Below, one piece after another: positions 46,104 to 54,006 of a DNA stretch of 64,000 bases. The stretch lies in the IMG/VR virus record IMGVR_UViG_3300021388_000002, one strand, 5' to 3'. The notes under the pieces are model-generated. The model did no database searches. It worked only from the letters and a program-made list of their open reading frames with translations, and was not told where the DNA came from. The translations under genes and the position numbers were made by a program. Origin of the DNA: a virus. Its lineage: Duplodnaviria; Heunggongvirae; Uroviricota; Caudoviricetes. Position 1 is the first letter of the stretch; each line of letters begins with the position of its first letter.

Positions 46104-46742
46104 TCAGGACGTGTAAGCCCGGACCCCGGTGCCGTTCCTGACGTACACCACCGATGTGTCACCCAGGACCAGCACGGCCGGGGCGCTGGCGCTGATGCCG
46201 AGGTCCCGCCGGGTGGCCGTGCTCACCGGCAGGCAGTTGCCGCTGTGCTGGCACCCGGCTAGCACCGACGCCCAGGTCAGCGCCGGCGTGATCCGCCGCC
46301 AGCCGGTTACCGCGAGCTGGCTGCCGTAGACCTGCTCGCTGAACGGGACGAAGAACCCGTCCACGTCCAGCCAGCCGGACTGGACCGCGCCGTACGTGCC
46401 GTCGCTGAACCAGGACAGCTCCGTGCCCGCGCTGCCGTCCGGCGGCAGCAGCACCGCGCTCGCGCGGCCGGTGCGGCTCAGGTGCGTGGGCAGCGGCTCC
46501 TGCCGGTAATTCAGCAGCGTGACCGCCGGCCAGCCGGCCAGTTTGCATTCCGCCCCGGTGTTGCGGACAGTCAGCGCCGCCCGGTACTGCCCGGCAGCCG
46601 GGCGCGGGCCGGCCGACGTGACATGCAGCTGGCCTGGCGTGCAGTCGCGCGGCGTGGTGCTGGCCAGCGCCGGCATGATGCTGGCGGCCAGGGCAGCCGC
46701 AGTGATGATCGTGCCGGCGGTGATAGCGGTGATGGTGCGCAT
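46104..46742 (-). CDS. DUF4232-like secreted protein (signal peptide)
   Basis: N-terminal AITAGTIITAAALAASIMPALA; CTPGQLHV...ALTVRNTGAECKLAGWP. Confidence 0.55.
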   Translation of the reverse strand: MRTITAITAGTIITAAALAASIMPALASTTPRDCTPGQLHVTSAGPRPAAGQYRAALTVRNTGAECKLAGWPAVTLLNYRQEPLPTHLSRTGRASAVLLPPDGSAGTELSWFSDGTYGAVQSGWLDVDGFFVPFSEQVYGSQLAVTGWRRITPALTWASVLAGCQHSGNCLPVSTATRRDLGISASAPAVLVLGDTSVVYVRNGTGVRAYTS

Positions 46743-46777
46743 TGCGTGTGTCCCCCTGCGTGGTCTGGCTGGTGAGT

Positions 46778-46793
46778 TTCCCGGCGGCCGGAA
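46778..46793. promoter_or_regulatory. palindrome variant TTCCCGGCGGCCGGAA, copy 6
   Basis: upstream of DUF4232 gene. Confidence 0.55.
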
Positions 46794-46800
46794 GATCCGG

Positions 46801-47091
46801 CTAGCTGGTGTAGCGGAAGGCGAAAGCCGTGCCCGGCTCGAAAAGCCCGGCGTCCTCGCCCTCGAAGTAGCGCGCTAGCCTGCCGTACTGGCGCAGGCTG
46901 CCGGACAGCGTGTCGCAGTCGCCGCCCGTGGTCGCGTGCCAGGTCTGGGTCTCGCCTGTGCTCCCGTACGGGTTCGCGTAGCTGGTGACTTTGGTGATCT
47001 GGACGACGCGCAGGTTGCTGTCCCAGAATCGCGCGCCTACGGTCACCGGCTGGCTGTCCGCGCTGTAGTGGCTGGATGTGGTGTCAGGCAT
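46801..47091 (-). CDS. hypothetical protein
   Basis: GAACAGGAGGCAGCC ATG. Confidence 0.45.
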   Translation of the reverse strand: MPDTTSSHYSADSQPVTVGARFWDSNLRVVQITKVTSYANPYGSTGETQTWHATTGGDCDTLSGSLRQYGRLARYFEGEDAGLFEPGTAFAFRYTS

Positions 47092-47100
47092 GGCTGCCTC

Positions 47101-47235
47101 CTGTTCTCTCACTGGCCGCGGGCCTGGCTGAGCACTTCCTGGCGTGCGGCCAGGATGAGCAGGACGCCGCCGATGGCCAGCTCCAGCGCGTCCAGCGTGC
47201 GGGTGATGTGGCGGCGCGTGGCCGCGATCGGTGCG
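47101..47235 (-). CDS. small single-TM ORF with no canonical start (possible ATC start)
   Basis: palindrome + CACGATCAGGAGACGC then ATCATC...; very high GC3; stop TGA sits in the SD of the next gene. Confidence 0.25.
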
Positions 47236-47262
47236 ATGATGCGTCTCCTGATCGTGTGAATG

Positions 47263-47278
47263 TTCCGGGCGCCCGGAA
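47263..47278. promoter_or_regulatory. palindrome TTCCGGGCGCCCGGAA, copy 7
   Basis: GAATG...GGTC; upstream of ATC-start small ORF. Confidence 0.6.
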
Positions 47279-47285
47279 GGTCTGG

Positions 47286-47510
47286 TCAGCGTGGGCCAGG
47301 CTGGTAGGTCCCGTTATCGAGGGCGCCGGGCTCGTTGAGGAACATGCCGGGTGTGCAGGGCAGTACCTCGAAAGAGCCGAACCCGGACGCTCGCGCTTTC
47401 TGCTGGAATTCTGCTGCCTCCCGGCTGTCCGGGCCGGGGAACGGGCCGAATGTGAACCGGTCGTGCCAGCCCAGGTTGACGGGCCTGCACCGGATCGCGT
47501 ATCTGGGCAT
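47286..47510 (-). CDS. hypothetical protein
   Basis: palindrome then CAGGAACAGGAAGGCAAGC ATG. Confidence 0.45.
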   Translation of the reverse strand: MPRYAIRCRPVNLGWHDRFTFGPFPGPDSREAAEFQQKARASGFGSFEVLPCTPGMFLNEPGALDNGTYQPGPR

Positions 47511-47537
47511 GCTTGCCTTCCTGTTCCTGTGTGAATG

Positions 47538-47553
47538 TTCCGGGCGCCCGGAA
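47538..47553. promoter_or_regulatory. palindrome TTCCGGGCGCCCGGAA, copy 8
   Basis: GAATG...AGTC; 27 nt upstream of ATG at 47510. Confidence 0.6.
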
Positions 47554-47555
47554 AG

Positions 47556-47876
47556 TCAGGTCGTTTGCGCGCCCTGGGTTGTGATCCGGGCGAACAGCCG
47601 CGCGGCTTGCGCCCAGGCCAGGCCGCTGCTGACCTCGTAATCGGTGTCGATGGACCAGCGGCTGAGCAGCGGTGCCCAGCGAGCCCGGAACACGCTGTAG
47701 CGCGGGGCAGCGTCAGGCAGCCGGGCTGCGCGTCCGGTGCTCTCCGTCCGGGTGATCACGGTGAACGTGAAGTCCACCCGGCCGGAACTGGGCAGGTGCC
47801 GGAACGCTGAGACGACTTCCTCGCCGTGGATAGCGGCAGGCATGGTGTAGGGGCTGGGTGTGGTGCTGTTGCTCAT
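47556..47876 (-). CDS. hypothetical protein
   Basis: GGACAGGAGACATCATC ATG. Confidence 0.45.
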   Translation of the reverse strand: MSNSTTPSPYTMPAAIHGEEVVSAFRHLPSSGRVDFTFTVITRTESTGRAARLPDAAPRYSVFRARWAPLLSRWSIDTDYEVSSGLAWAQAARLFARITTQGAQTT

Positions 47877-48133
47877 GATGATGTCTCCTGTCCGGTGTCT
47901 GGTGTCCGCTCAGCGCCGAGCGCCCAGCGGGTGCTGGTGAAGGGCCGGATTGTGGTGAGGTCTGTTACCCGGATGATCCGGCCGAGGCTGGCCCGGCCTG
48001 CGATCCAGCGCCGGTTTATCTCCGTGTCCGCGTCAGCCTGCGTCATCCGGGGCAGGTTCCTGATCAGCTCATGGGTGGGGTGCCGGCAGCCGTCCAGGAT
48101 CACGTACTCCTGTACGGGCTCGATCCGGTTCAT
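47873..48133 (-). CDS. hypothetical protein
   Basis: GATCAGGAGACATC ATG. Confidence 0.45.
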   Translation of the reverse strand: MNRIEPVQEYVILDGCRHPTHELIRNLPRMTQADADTEINRRWIAGRASLGRIIRVTDLTTIRPFTSTRWALGAERTPDTGQETSS

Positions 48134-48405
48134 GATGTCTCCTGATCTGCTTGCTTGATGGCGTCAACGACTGCGAGATACGCGGCGTAAATGGACTCGG
48201 CCGCAGCCGTGGCTGCTTCCTGGCCGGTGTGCTGGGTGACGTGCGGCTCAAAGCCGGGGATGCGCGCGGTCAGCGTCACGCCGTGCTCGCCGTCCGCGCG
48301 CTCGATCCGGAACCAGCCCATGCGCAGGATCATGACCCGGACGGGCCGGCCTGTCTCCGGGTGCGTGACCCGTGAGTCCAGGACAGCCCGCAGGGTGGCG
48401 GTCAT
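48130..48405 (-). CDS. hypothetical protein
   Basis: ATGA coupling. Confidence 0.45.
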   Translation of the reverse strand: MTATLRAVLDSRVTHPETGRPVRVMILRMGWFRIERADGEHGVTLTARIPGFEPHVTQHTGQEAATAAAESIYAAYLAVVDAIKQADQETS

Positions 48406-48710
48406 GACACCAGCGCGGTCAGCCAGCTCAGCGCATCGCGGTAGCCGAGCCCGTGCCGCCCGCCGCTGGCCGGGCTGGTGACCGCCGCGCTGTCCGGAAC
48501 CTCCTGCCAGGTTCTGCCGTCGTGCATGATCCGGTGCACGGTGAACGTCTGGTGCCCGGCCGGGCTGGTGCGCTTGACCACGATGACGTGCTGCCAGCGG
48601 GGCGAGTCCAGGTGCACCGGGCAGCGTGCGGCGGCGACTACCGGGTTACCCCTGAACTCGTCCGGCGGCGCCAGCGTGGGGATGCTGGCCTGGCTCATGG
48701 TGTCGGGCAT
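48402..48710 (-). CDS. hypothetical protein
   Basis: CAGGAGACAGGAGACATCACT ATG. Confidence 0.45.
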   Translation of the reverse strand: MPDTMSQASIPTLAPPDEFRGNPVVAAARCPVHLDSPRWQHVIVVKRTSPAGHQTFTVHRIMHDGRTWQEVPDSAAVTSPASGGRHGLGYRDALSWLTALVS

Positions 48711-48737
48711 AGTGATGTCTCCTGTCTCCTGGTCAGT

Positions 48738-48897
48738 GGCTGCCCAGCGGCCCGGCCGGGCCGATGTCCTCGCCCTTAGCCAGCCGGATGGCCAGCGGGG
48801 ACCAGCCCAGCGCGACCAGCGTCTGCTCGGCGTCAAAACGCGCGCTCGGCCCGGACAGCGGGCTGTGCAGGGTCTGCGCAGCTTCCAGCTCGGTCAT
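48738..48897 (-). CDS. small hypothetical protein (53 aa)
   Basis: doubled SD GAACAGGAGACAGGAGACAC ATC ATG. Confidence 0.3.
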
Positions 48898-48924
48898 GAT
48901 GTGTCTCCTGTCTCCTGTTCGTTG

Positions 48925-48940
48925 TTCCGGGCGGCCGGAA
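48925..48940. promoter_or_regulatory. palindrome variant TTCCGGGCGGCCGGAA, copy 9
   Basis: upstream of 48738..48897. Confidence 0.55.
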
Positions 48941-48943
48941 AAT

Positions 48944-50458
48944 TCACTCTGCTGTGGTCAGTTCCAGCTGCGGCCATCGCGCTGCGCACCGGGTGCACAC
49001 GCCTGCCCATGCCCGGCTGGCGCGGTGCCGGACAACGGGCGGCGTGCCCGGGATGAGGGAAGCGGCTGGCTCATGCAAGTTCACCGGCTCGCCCTCATAC
49101 GGCTGGCCGTCCTCGCCGCACTGGATGCAGCCCACCACGGGCTCGTCCGCGTAGTGAGCGGTGATGATGTGCTGGCCGAACGTCCATTCACCGCACCGGA
49201 TGCAGCCCTGGCAGCCCTGCTCGGCGTGCCAGTGCTCCGGGTCACCGGGGGCATCGGTTAGCTGTGCGCTTTTCTCGCGGGCCTTCTTCCGGCCGTTTTC
49301 CTTGGCCTGGCCGACATCAAACACGATCTGGCCGGATATCGTGCCCGGCCCGGTGCTGCTGTCCGGGTAGCGCTTTGCGAGGTACTGGCCCCAGCTGACC
49401 TGATCAGGCGTGCCCGGGAACGGTGGCCGGCTGCCATTTTCCCGGCGCCCGGAAGATCCCCCGTCCTCCGCGCGGGCCGCCTCGTCCTCCGCGCGCCGTG
49501 CCAGCCCGGCCGGCGTGTAGCACTGGCAGCTGTCTTCCAGCTCGTAGCAGTCATCGCATGCCCCGCACACACGGCAGTACCGCGTGACGGGGTCCACCGC
49601 GCCCGGCTCGTTGCAGATCCAGCAGTCCTCACCCGGGGCGCCGTCGTAGGCCCAGCTGGCGCTGTACCGGCCATAGCTGGCACTGTAGCGGTCGCTGGCC
49701 TCCCACACATCCGGGTCGTGCGGCATGGGCGTGCCGGCGTTCTGTTCGTGGAACCGCAGGTACTTGCCCACCATCGCGAACGTGTCGTTGAGGTAGGCGT
49801 AGCCGCGCTCGGAGTGATAATCGCCCCGGTACCCGACGCCCCAGTTGAACGCCTTGGCGTTCAGGTGCTCCAGGGAGGCGATGTCGGAGAAACTGCCGCT
49901 GCCCATTGCTGCGCCGCTGGCTTCCACGAGCCCGCGGCTGGCCCGGTCTTCGTACTGGTACATCACGACATCCGTGCCGCCGCGATCGAATTCGATGATC
50001 CAGTCATACTCCTTTTCCGGCTTGAAGAACTCGGCCGTGGACAGCCCGGATTCCTCGCCCACGGTGAGCAGCCAGTCGCAGGTAAGGCCCAGCTTCGGTA
50101 GCAGGTCCAGGATGACGTACGCGCCGAGGCGGTCATCCAGCGCGCCCGAGACGATCAGCGGCCCGTTTTCCGTGGTCCGGAAGCGCGGCACGCGGCGCTT
50201 GCCCGCCACGACCGTGTCCAGGTGCGCGACCGCCAGCACGCGCGCGCCGTTGTCCTTGAAGTGGTAGTAATCTTCCGGGCGCCCGGAATCTCCCGGGTAC
50301 CGCAGGTACGGTGCTGGCTGGCTCACGTGGACGGTCTGCATCCCGAAGGCCCGGCCGAACCGGTCTTCCCGCAGGGTGCAGATACGGGCCAGTGCGTCCT
50401 GGCTGTACGCCTGCCGGATCTTGCGGATATCCCGGCTGCGCGCACGGTTCTTGCGCAT
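48944..50458 (-). CDS. M20/M42-like metallopeptidase domain fused to C-terminal zinc-ribbon modules
   Basis: AVAHLDTV, GALDDRLG, TVGEESG motifs; C-terminal CWICNE..CRVCGACDDC..CQC and CQGCIRCGEW..GCIQCGEDG. Confidence 0.55.
   Translation of the reverse strand: MRKNRARSRDIRKIRQAYSQDALARICTLREDRFGRAFGMQTVHVSQPAPYLRYPGDSGRPEDYYHFKDNGARVLAVAHLDTVVAGKRRVPRFRTTENGPLIVSGALDDRLGAYVILDLLPKLGLTCDWLLTVGEESGLSTAEFFKPEKEYDWIIEFDRGGTDVVMYQYEDRASRGLVEASGAAMGSGSFSDIASLEHLNAKAFNWGVGYRGDYHSERGYAYLNDTFAMVGKYLRFHEQNAGTPMPHDPDVWEASDRYSASYGRYSASWAYDGAPGEDCWICNEPGAVDPVTRYCRVCGACDDCYELEDSCQCYTPAGLARRAEDEAARAEDGGSSGRRENGSRPPFPGTPDQVSWGQYLAKRYPDSSTGPGTISGQIVFDVGQAKENGRKKAREKSAQLTDAPGDPEHWHAEQGCQGCIRCGEWTFGQHIITAHYADEPVVGCIQCGEDGQPYEGEPVNLHEPAASLIPGTPPVVRHRASRAWAGVCTRCAARWPQLELTTAE
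49439..49454. promoter_or_regulatory. palindrome variant TTCCCGGCGCCCGGAA, copy 10 (intragenic in peptidase gene)
   Basis: encodes GGSSGRRENG. Confidence 0.5.
50273..50288. promoter_or_regulatory. palindrome TTCCGGGCGCCCGGAA, copy 11 (intragenic in peptidase gene)
   Basis: encodes DSGRPED. Confidence 0.5.
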
Positions 50459-50649
50459 CGGATCAGTCCTTTCTCAGCCAGCACCTCAGACAGCCGGCGG
50501 TGGATGACAGGCCCCGGATCGGCGGGGCAGTGCCCGCAGCTACAGCCGGGGTAGTGGATGAGGTTCAGCCGGCATGCCTCGCACGGCTCGCCGGGGCGGG
50601 TGTGGAATACCCAGGTGATCTCGCTGCCGGGGCCGTACAGCCTGCGCAT
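50323..50649 (-). CDS. small Cys-rich ORF (MRRLYGPGSEITWVFHTRPGEPCEACR...) with no stop before overlapping the next gene; 3' end uncertain
   Basis: palindrome 13 nt upstream of ATG at 50649; high GC3 for the first ~70 codons. Confidence 0.3.
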   Translation of the reverse strand: MRRLYGPGSEITWVFHTRPGEPCEACRLNLIHYPGCSCGHCPADPGPVIHRRLSEVLAEKGLIRCARTVRAAGISARSGRRTARTHWPVSAPCGKTGSAGPSGCRPST

Positions 50650-50662
50650 GGTGCGCCGGGTC

Positions 50663-50678
50663 TTCCGGGCGCCGGGAA
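50663..50678. promoter_or_regulatory. palindrome variant TTCCGGGCGCCGGGAA, copy 12
   Basis: after stop of 50684..52345; 13 nt upstream of ATG at 50649. Confidence 0.55.
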
Positions 50679-50683
50679 TTTTC

Positions 50684-52345
50684 CTAGGCATAAGCCGGCT
50701 CCCGCCCCTGCTCGGCGGCATACAGGCTGGCGTGCCGGTCGACGTACAGGTTCAGGTCGCGGTCGGCGTACTGCGCCGTGATGTCCTCGGGCGCAATGAG
50801 GTAGCCGCCTGAATTGACGTACATCGGCGAGCAGGAGAAACCGATCTTGCGGTAGGTCCAGCCCGTCATCTGCGCCATGACCCGGGCCGGCGCGTAGCCG
50901 CTCAGGTCGCCGTAGCCGTTGAACACTACGAACGCGTCCGGGGTCCCGGTGCTGAACGTCGGGGTCAGGTTCCCCTGCTCGGTCTTCCGCAGCGGCATGA
51001 CCCAGGCCCGGCCAGTCACGTGGCCGTAGCTGTCGCTGCTGAAGGACCGCAGGCCGAGGCCGCCGTTGGTCTTCAGTGCGCAGCGGCTCTCGCGGTAGTC
51101 GGCCCACCAGCACGAATCCTCGTGATAGAAGTCCGCCGCGCTCATGTTCAGGTCCCGGGTGACCTCGATCGCCACGTCGGCGCCCGTGCTGTGCTCGCGC
51201 GCGAGCTGGCCGACGTGTGACATGGCCTCTGCCGGCAGCTTGAGCTGGAACCGCTGGTAGGCAAGGCGGCTCAGCCGCTTGGCGTAGTTCCCTTCCCTGG
51301 TCTGCCACTGGTCGCCCAGCGCGTCCAGGTAGTAGCTCAGCGCGCGGTACTCGCCGGCGCCGCCGTAATAGCGCAGGTACCGGCTGATTTCCGCCAGGCC
51401 GTCCGTTGAGATGGTGCCCGCGGGCAGCTCGATCGTGACCCGCGTGTCGTTCGCCAGCCAGCCGTCGCCGTTGCGGATCGTGAATTCCTGCTGCGGCGAT
51501 TCACAGCAGCCGTCGTCGCTCTCGTCGTGGTCGTGGTAATCGGCGTCTTCGTCTTCGTAATACCCGTCGCAGTCCTCGCACCATGAGTAGTAGCGGTCGC
51601 GGCAGCGGTCGCAGACGGTGTTCCCGTTCAGCATCCCGTTGACGCCATCGGACGGGAACCGGCCGTCGCAGCTGTCGCAGCTGTACCAGTCATCCCAGCA
51701 CGCCTCGCAGATGTCGCTGCTGCCGTTCTCGGCCGAGCGCAGGCCTGATTCCCATTCCGGATGGGCGCAGTTATCGCACCAGCCGAGGTCATCGATCTCA
51801 TCCGGGTCCCGGACCAGCGTCCGCAGGTGCTCCGCGAAATCATCCTGCGCCGTGGAGTAGCGGGGGGGCTGGAACGCGCCCCATAGCTCGGCCAGGTCCA
51901 GGTCGCTCGCGTCCGGGGTGCGGTTGCGGCCATACCGGTCGTCGCCGTCCTCGTCGTAGCCCTCGCGGTCGTAGCCATCGCGGTCGTAGCCAGCCGCGCT
52001 GTAGCCATCGCGGTTGTAGCCGTCCGCGTCATAGCCGAACGTGTCGTAGCCGTCCGTGCCGTAGCCGGCGTTCAGCGTGAGCTGGCCGTCAATGTTCCCG
52101 GCGCCCGGAACTTCTCCCGGCTGGCTGCGCGGGCAGTCCGCCGGGACGTGGAACGCGGTTGCGGTGACGCCAGTCAGGAACCATGTCTCCAGGTACCCTT
52201 CGGCGTTGCGCCGCTCGATCGGGGCGTAGAACCCGTCCGCGCTGACCGGCAACGTCTCGCCAAGCCGGCGCCAGATGAGGCACGGCAGCCCGTCCTGGTG
52301 CTCATGGAACTCATTGGCCGTCATGGCCTGGTTACGCGTGATCAT
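50684..52345 (-). CDS. large hypothetical protein with GYD(x)DGY repeats and Cys-rich treble-clef-like modules
   Basis: GYGTDGYDTFGYDADGYNRDGYSAAGYDRDGYDREGYDEDGDD; CDNCAHPEW, CEACWDDWYSCDSCDG, CDRCRDRYYSWCEDCDG; GACCAGGAGACATC ATG. Confidence 0.55.
   Translation of the reverse strand: MITRNQAMTANEFHEHQDGLPCLIWRRLGETLPVSADGFYAPIERRNAEGYLETWFLTGVTATAFHVPADCPRSQPGEVPGAGNIDGQLTLNAGYGTDGYDTFGYDADGYNRDGYSAAGYDRDGYDREGYDEDGDDRYGRNRTPDASDLDLAELWGAFQPPRYSTAQDDFAEHLRTLVRDPDEIDDLGWCDNCAHPEWESGLRSAENGSSDICEACWDDWYSCDSCDGRFPSDGVNGMLNGNTVCDRCRDRYYSWCEDCDGYYEDEDADYHDHDESDDGCCESPQQEFTIRNGDGWLANDTRVTIELPAGTISTDGLAEISRYLRYYGGAGEYRALSYYLDALGDQWQTREGNYAKRLSRLAYQRFQLKLPAEAMSHVGQLAREHSTGADVAIEVTRDLNMSAADFYHEDSCWWADYRESRCALKTNGGLGLRSFSSDSYGHVTGRAWVMPLRKTEQGNLTPTFSTGTPDAFVVFNGYGDLSGYAPARVMAQMTGWTYRKIGFSCSPMYVNSGGYLIAPEDITAQYADRDLNLYVDRHASLYAAEQGREPAYA
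52095..52110. promoter_or_regulatory. palindrome variant TTCCCGGCGCCCGGAA, copy 13 (intragenic)
   Basis: encodes VPGAGNI in 50684..52345. Confidence 0.5.
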
Positions 52346-52387
52346 GATGTCTCCTGGTCATCGGGTAGTGCTGGATTGAGTGAATGT

Positions 52388-52403
52388 TCCGGGTGCCCGG
52401 AAG
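52388..52403. promoter_or_regulatory. palindrome variant TTCCGGGTGCCCGGAA, copy 14
   Basis: GAATG...GATC; intergenic. Confidence 0.55.
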
Positions 52404-52408
52404 ATCGG

Positions 52409-52660
52409 TTATGAGGCCATCTGGCGGCCGGGCAGGGGCTGCCACGCGAACCCGTGGCCAGCCGGCTGGCAGATCTGCCAGTGCCCGCGGTATTCCCGCG
52501 TGTTGCCCCAGTCGTCCACCGTGCACCGCATGATCCGGTGATGCGTGGCCGCCGCGTGGTGATGCGGCGCGCGGTGATGCGTGACCGCCGCGTGCGCGAT
52601 GCTGGCGGGAACCAGCGCGGCCAGGGCCAGCGCGAGGATAACGGGCAGCCTGGTCAGCAT
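52409..52660 (-). CDS. small secreted His-rich protein (signal peptide + THHRAPHHHAAATHHR)
   Basis: GAACAGGAGACACAC ATG; N-terminal LPVILALALAALVPASIAHA. Confidence 0.5.
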   Translation of the reverse strand: MLTRLPVILALALAALVPASIAHAAVTHHRAPHHHAAATHHRIMRCTVDDWGNTREYRGHWQICQPAGHGFAWQPLPGRQMAS

Positions 52661-52691
52661 GTGTGTCTCCTGTTCTGCTGTGGCCGGGAAG

Positions 52692-52707
52692 TTCCGGCCG
52701 CCGGGAA
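52692..52707. promoter_or_regulatory. palindrome variant TTCCGGCCGCCGGGAA, copy 15
   Basis: intergenic. Confidence 0.55.
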
Positions 52708-52786
52708 AATTCAGCCTGGCTCATCAGCGCGCGGCGGCAAACCCGCGCGGACGGGCACGTGGCCCGTTTCGCCTGGTCCGGGGACG

Positions 52787-53005
52787 CTAGCCGATGTGGT
52801 GCGTGACCCAATCGGGCGCCGTGCCGCCGACGACCGTGATGCGGTAACCCAGCCTGCGGATTGCTGCCAGGTCGGCATCGGTGAACGTCTTGCGCCCGGT
52901 CAGTGCGAGCAGCGCGTGCGCCGTGTCGCATACCGGGTAGACCGCGTCCTTGCCGTACACGCTGCGTACCGTGACCTTGATTTCGACGTTGGCTTGCGTG
53001 ATCAT
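52787..53005 (-). CDS. small hypothetical protein (72 aa)
   Basis: CTCAGGAGACATCAGC ATG. Confidence 0.4.
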   Translation of the reverse strand: MITQANVEIKVTVRSVYGKDAVYPVCDTAHALLALTGRKTFTDADLAAIRRLGYRITVVGGTAPDWVTHHIG

Positions 53006-53031
53006 GCTGATGTCTCCTGAGTCTGTAAGGT

Positions 53032-53060
53032 GGCCGGCCCTAGTGCCGATCGGGCCGGCC
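53032..53060 (-). terminator. 9-bp stem hairpin GGCCGGCCC-(11 nt)-GGGCCGGCC between genes (no U-tract)
   Basis: inverted repeat read directly from sequence. Confidence 0.3.
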
Positions 53061-53104
53061 GGCTGATGCCACGTCGCTAAGGGCACCGTGGCAGGCGGTC
53101 AATG

Positions 53105-53120
53105 TTCCGGCCGCCGGGAA
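53105..53120. promoter_or_regulatory. palindrome variant TTCCGGCCGCCGGGAA, copy 16
   Basis: CAATG...GATT; intergenic next to hairpin. Confidence 0.55.
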
Positions 53121-53138
53121 GATTGCCGCGTGGGCCGG

Positions 53139-53399
53139 CTAGTGGCTGTCACACAGCCAGTTGCCGCCCCATAGGTACGTCTGCGCTCCGCAGACCGGGC
53201 AGTCCGGCGCGACGGCTGAGAAGATCGCATCGGCCACGTCGCCGGCATGCCCGTGCGGCGGCCGGCCGCCCAGCACGATGTGCTTGCGGAGGGAATCGGC
53301 CAGTTCCCGCGCGGCAGCGCGCTGGTCATCGCGCATCGCGGCGCGCATGTCCGCGTACGCCTGGTCAGGATCGAATGCGGGTGCGAGCGTTGCGGTCAT
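53139..53399 (-). CDS. hypothetical protein with C-terminal CPVCG...C..H
   Basis: GATCAGGAGACACCCATC ATG. Confidence 0.45.
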   Translation of the reverse strand: MTATLAPAFDPDQAYADMRAAMRDDQRAAARELADSLRKHIVLGGRPPHGHAGDVADAIFSAVAPDCPVCGAQTYLWGGNWLCDSH

Positions 53400-53434
53400 G
53401 ATGGGTGTCTCCTGATCACTGAGCGCGGCCAGTG

Positions 53435-53450
53435 TTCCGGCCGCCGGGAA
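53435..53450. promoter_or_regulatory. palindrome variant TTCCGGCCGCCGGGAA, copy 17
   Basis: CAGTG...GATC; intergenic. Confidence 0.55.
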
Positions 53451-53456
53451 GATCGG

Positions 53457-53636
53457 TCAGTATGTGCATCCGGCGCCGCTAGGCGGCAAATGGTCCTCTT
53501 GCCGGAGGTCTTTCGCGAATGTGCACGCGTAGTAGTGGTGAAGGCGTGGCGTATGGTCGGCCTTGGCTAGCAGTGCCGTGGCGCCTATGGCCAGGCCAGC
53601 GATGACCAGGCCGGCCGCAATCCAGAAGATTCGCAT
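53457..53636 (-). CDS. small membrane/secreted protein (59 aa)
   Basis: MRIFWIAAGLVIAGLAIGATALLA...; high GC3. Confidence 0.3.
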   Translation of the reverse strand: MRIFWIAAGLVIAGLAIGATALLAKADHTPRLHHYYACTFAKDLRQEDHLPPSGAGCTY

Positions 53637-53752
53637 GGTGCCGGCCGCCTACGCGGGCAGGGAATGCAGGCTGCGGGTACCGTCCGCGTGCGCGACCACG
53701 AACCAGTGCGTAGTGCCGGCGACCCAGCTCTTGACAATGGTGTAGCGCATGG

Positions 53753-53962
53753 TTACCTCACCACCTTGACCAGCGCACCCGTGTTCAGGCATGCCCACGT
53801 AGTGCCGTCCGTGGTTGTGGCCGTCTGGCCGGCCGTGATCGTCCCGCCACCGTCAAACGTGCACGTGACGGGCGTGCTGTGCGCGACGGCCAGCGCGATA
53901 AGAAGCACAATCAGGCCGCCCCATCCTGATAGCGCCATGCTGGTAAGGGATCGCTTGCTCAT
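53753..53962 (-). CDS. small secreted protein (signal peptide)
   Basis: GATCAGGAGACATCACC ATG; ALSGWGGLIVLLIALAVAHS. Confidence 0.45.
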   Translation of the reverse strand: MSKRSLTSMALSGWGGLIVLLIALAVAHSTPVTCTFDGGGTITAGQTATTTDGTTWACLNTGALVKVVR

Positions 53963-54006
53963 GGTGATGTCTCCTGATCTTTAGGGGTCCGGCGGCCGGG
54001 GCAATG

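Noticed and set aside
50565-51308. 247-aa minus-strand ORF
   Set aside because: Arg/Pro-rich, overlaps the well-supported 50684..52345 gene in another frame, no SD.
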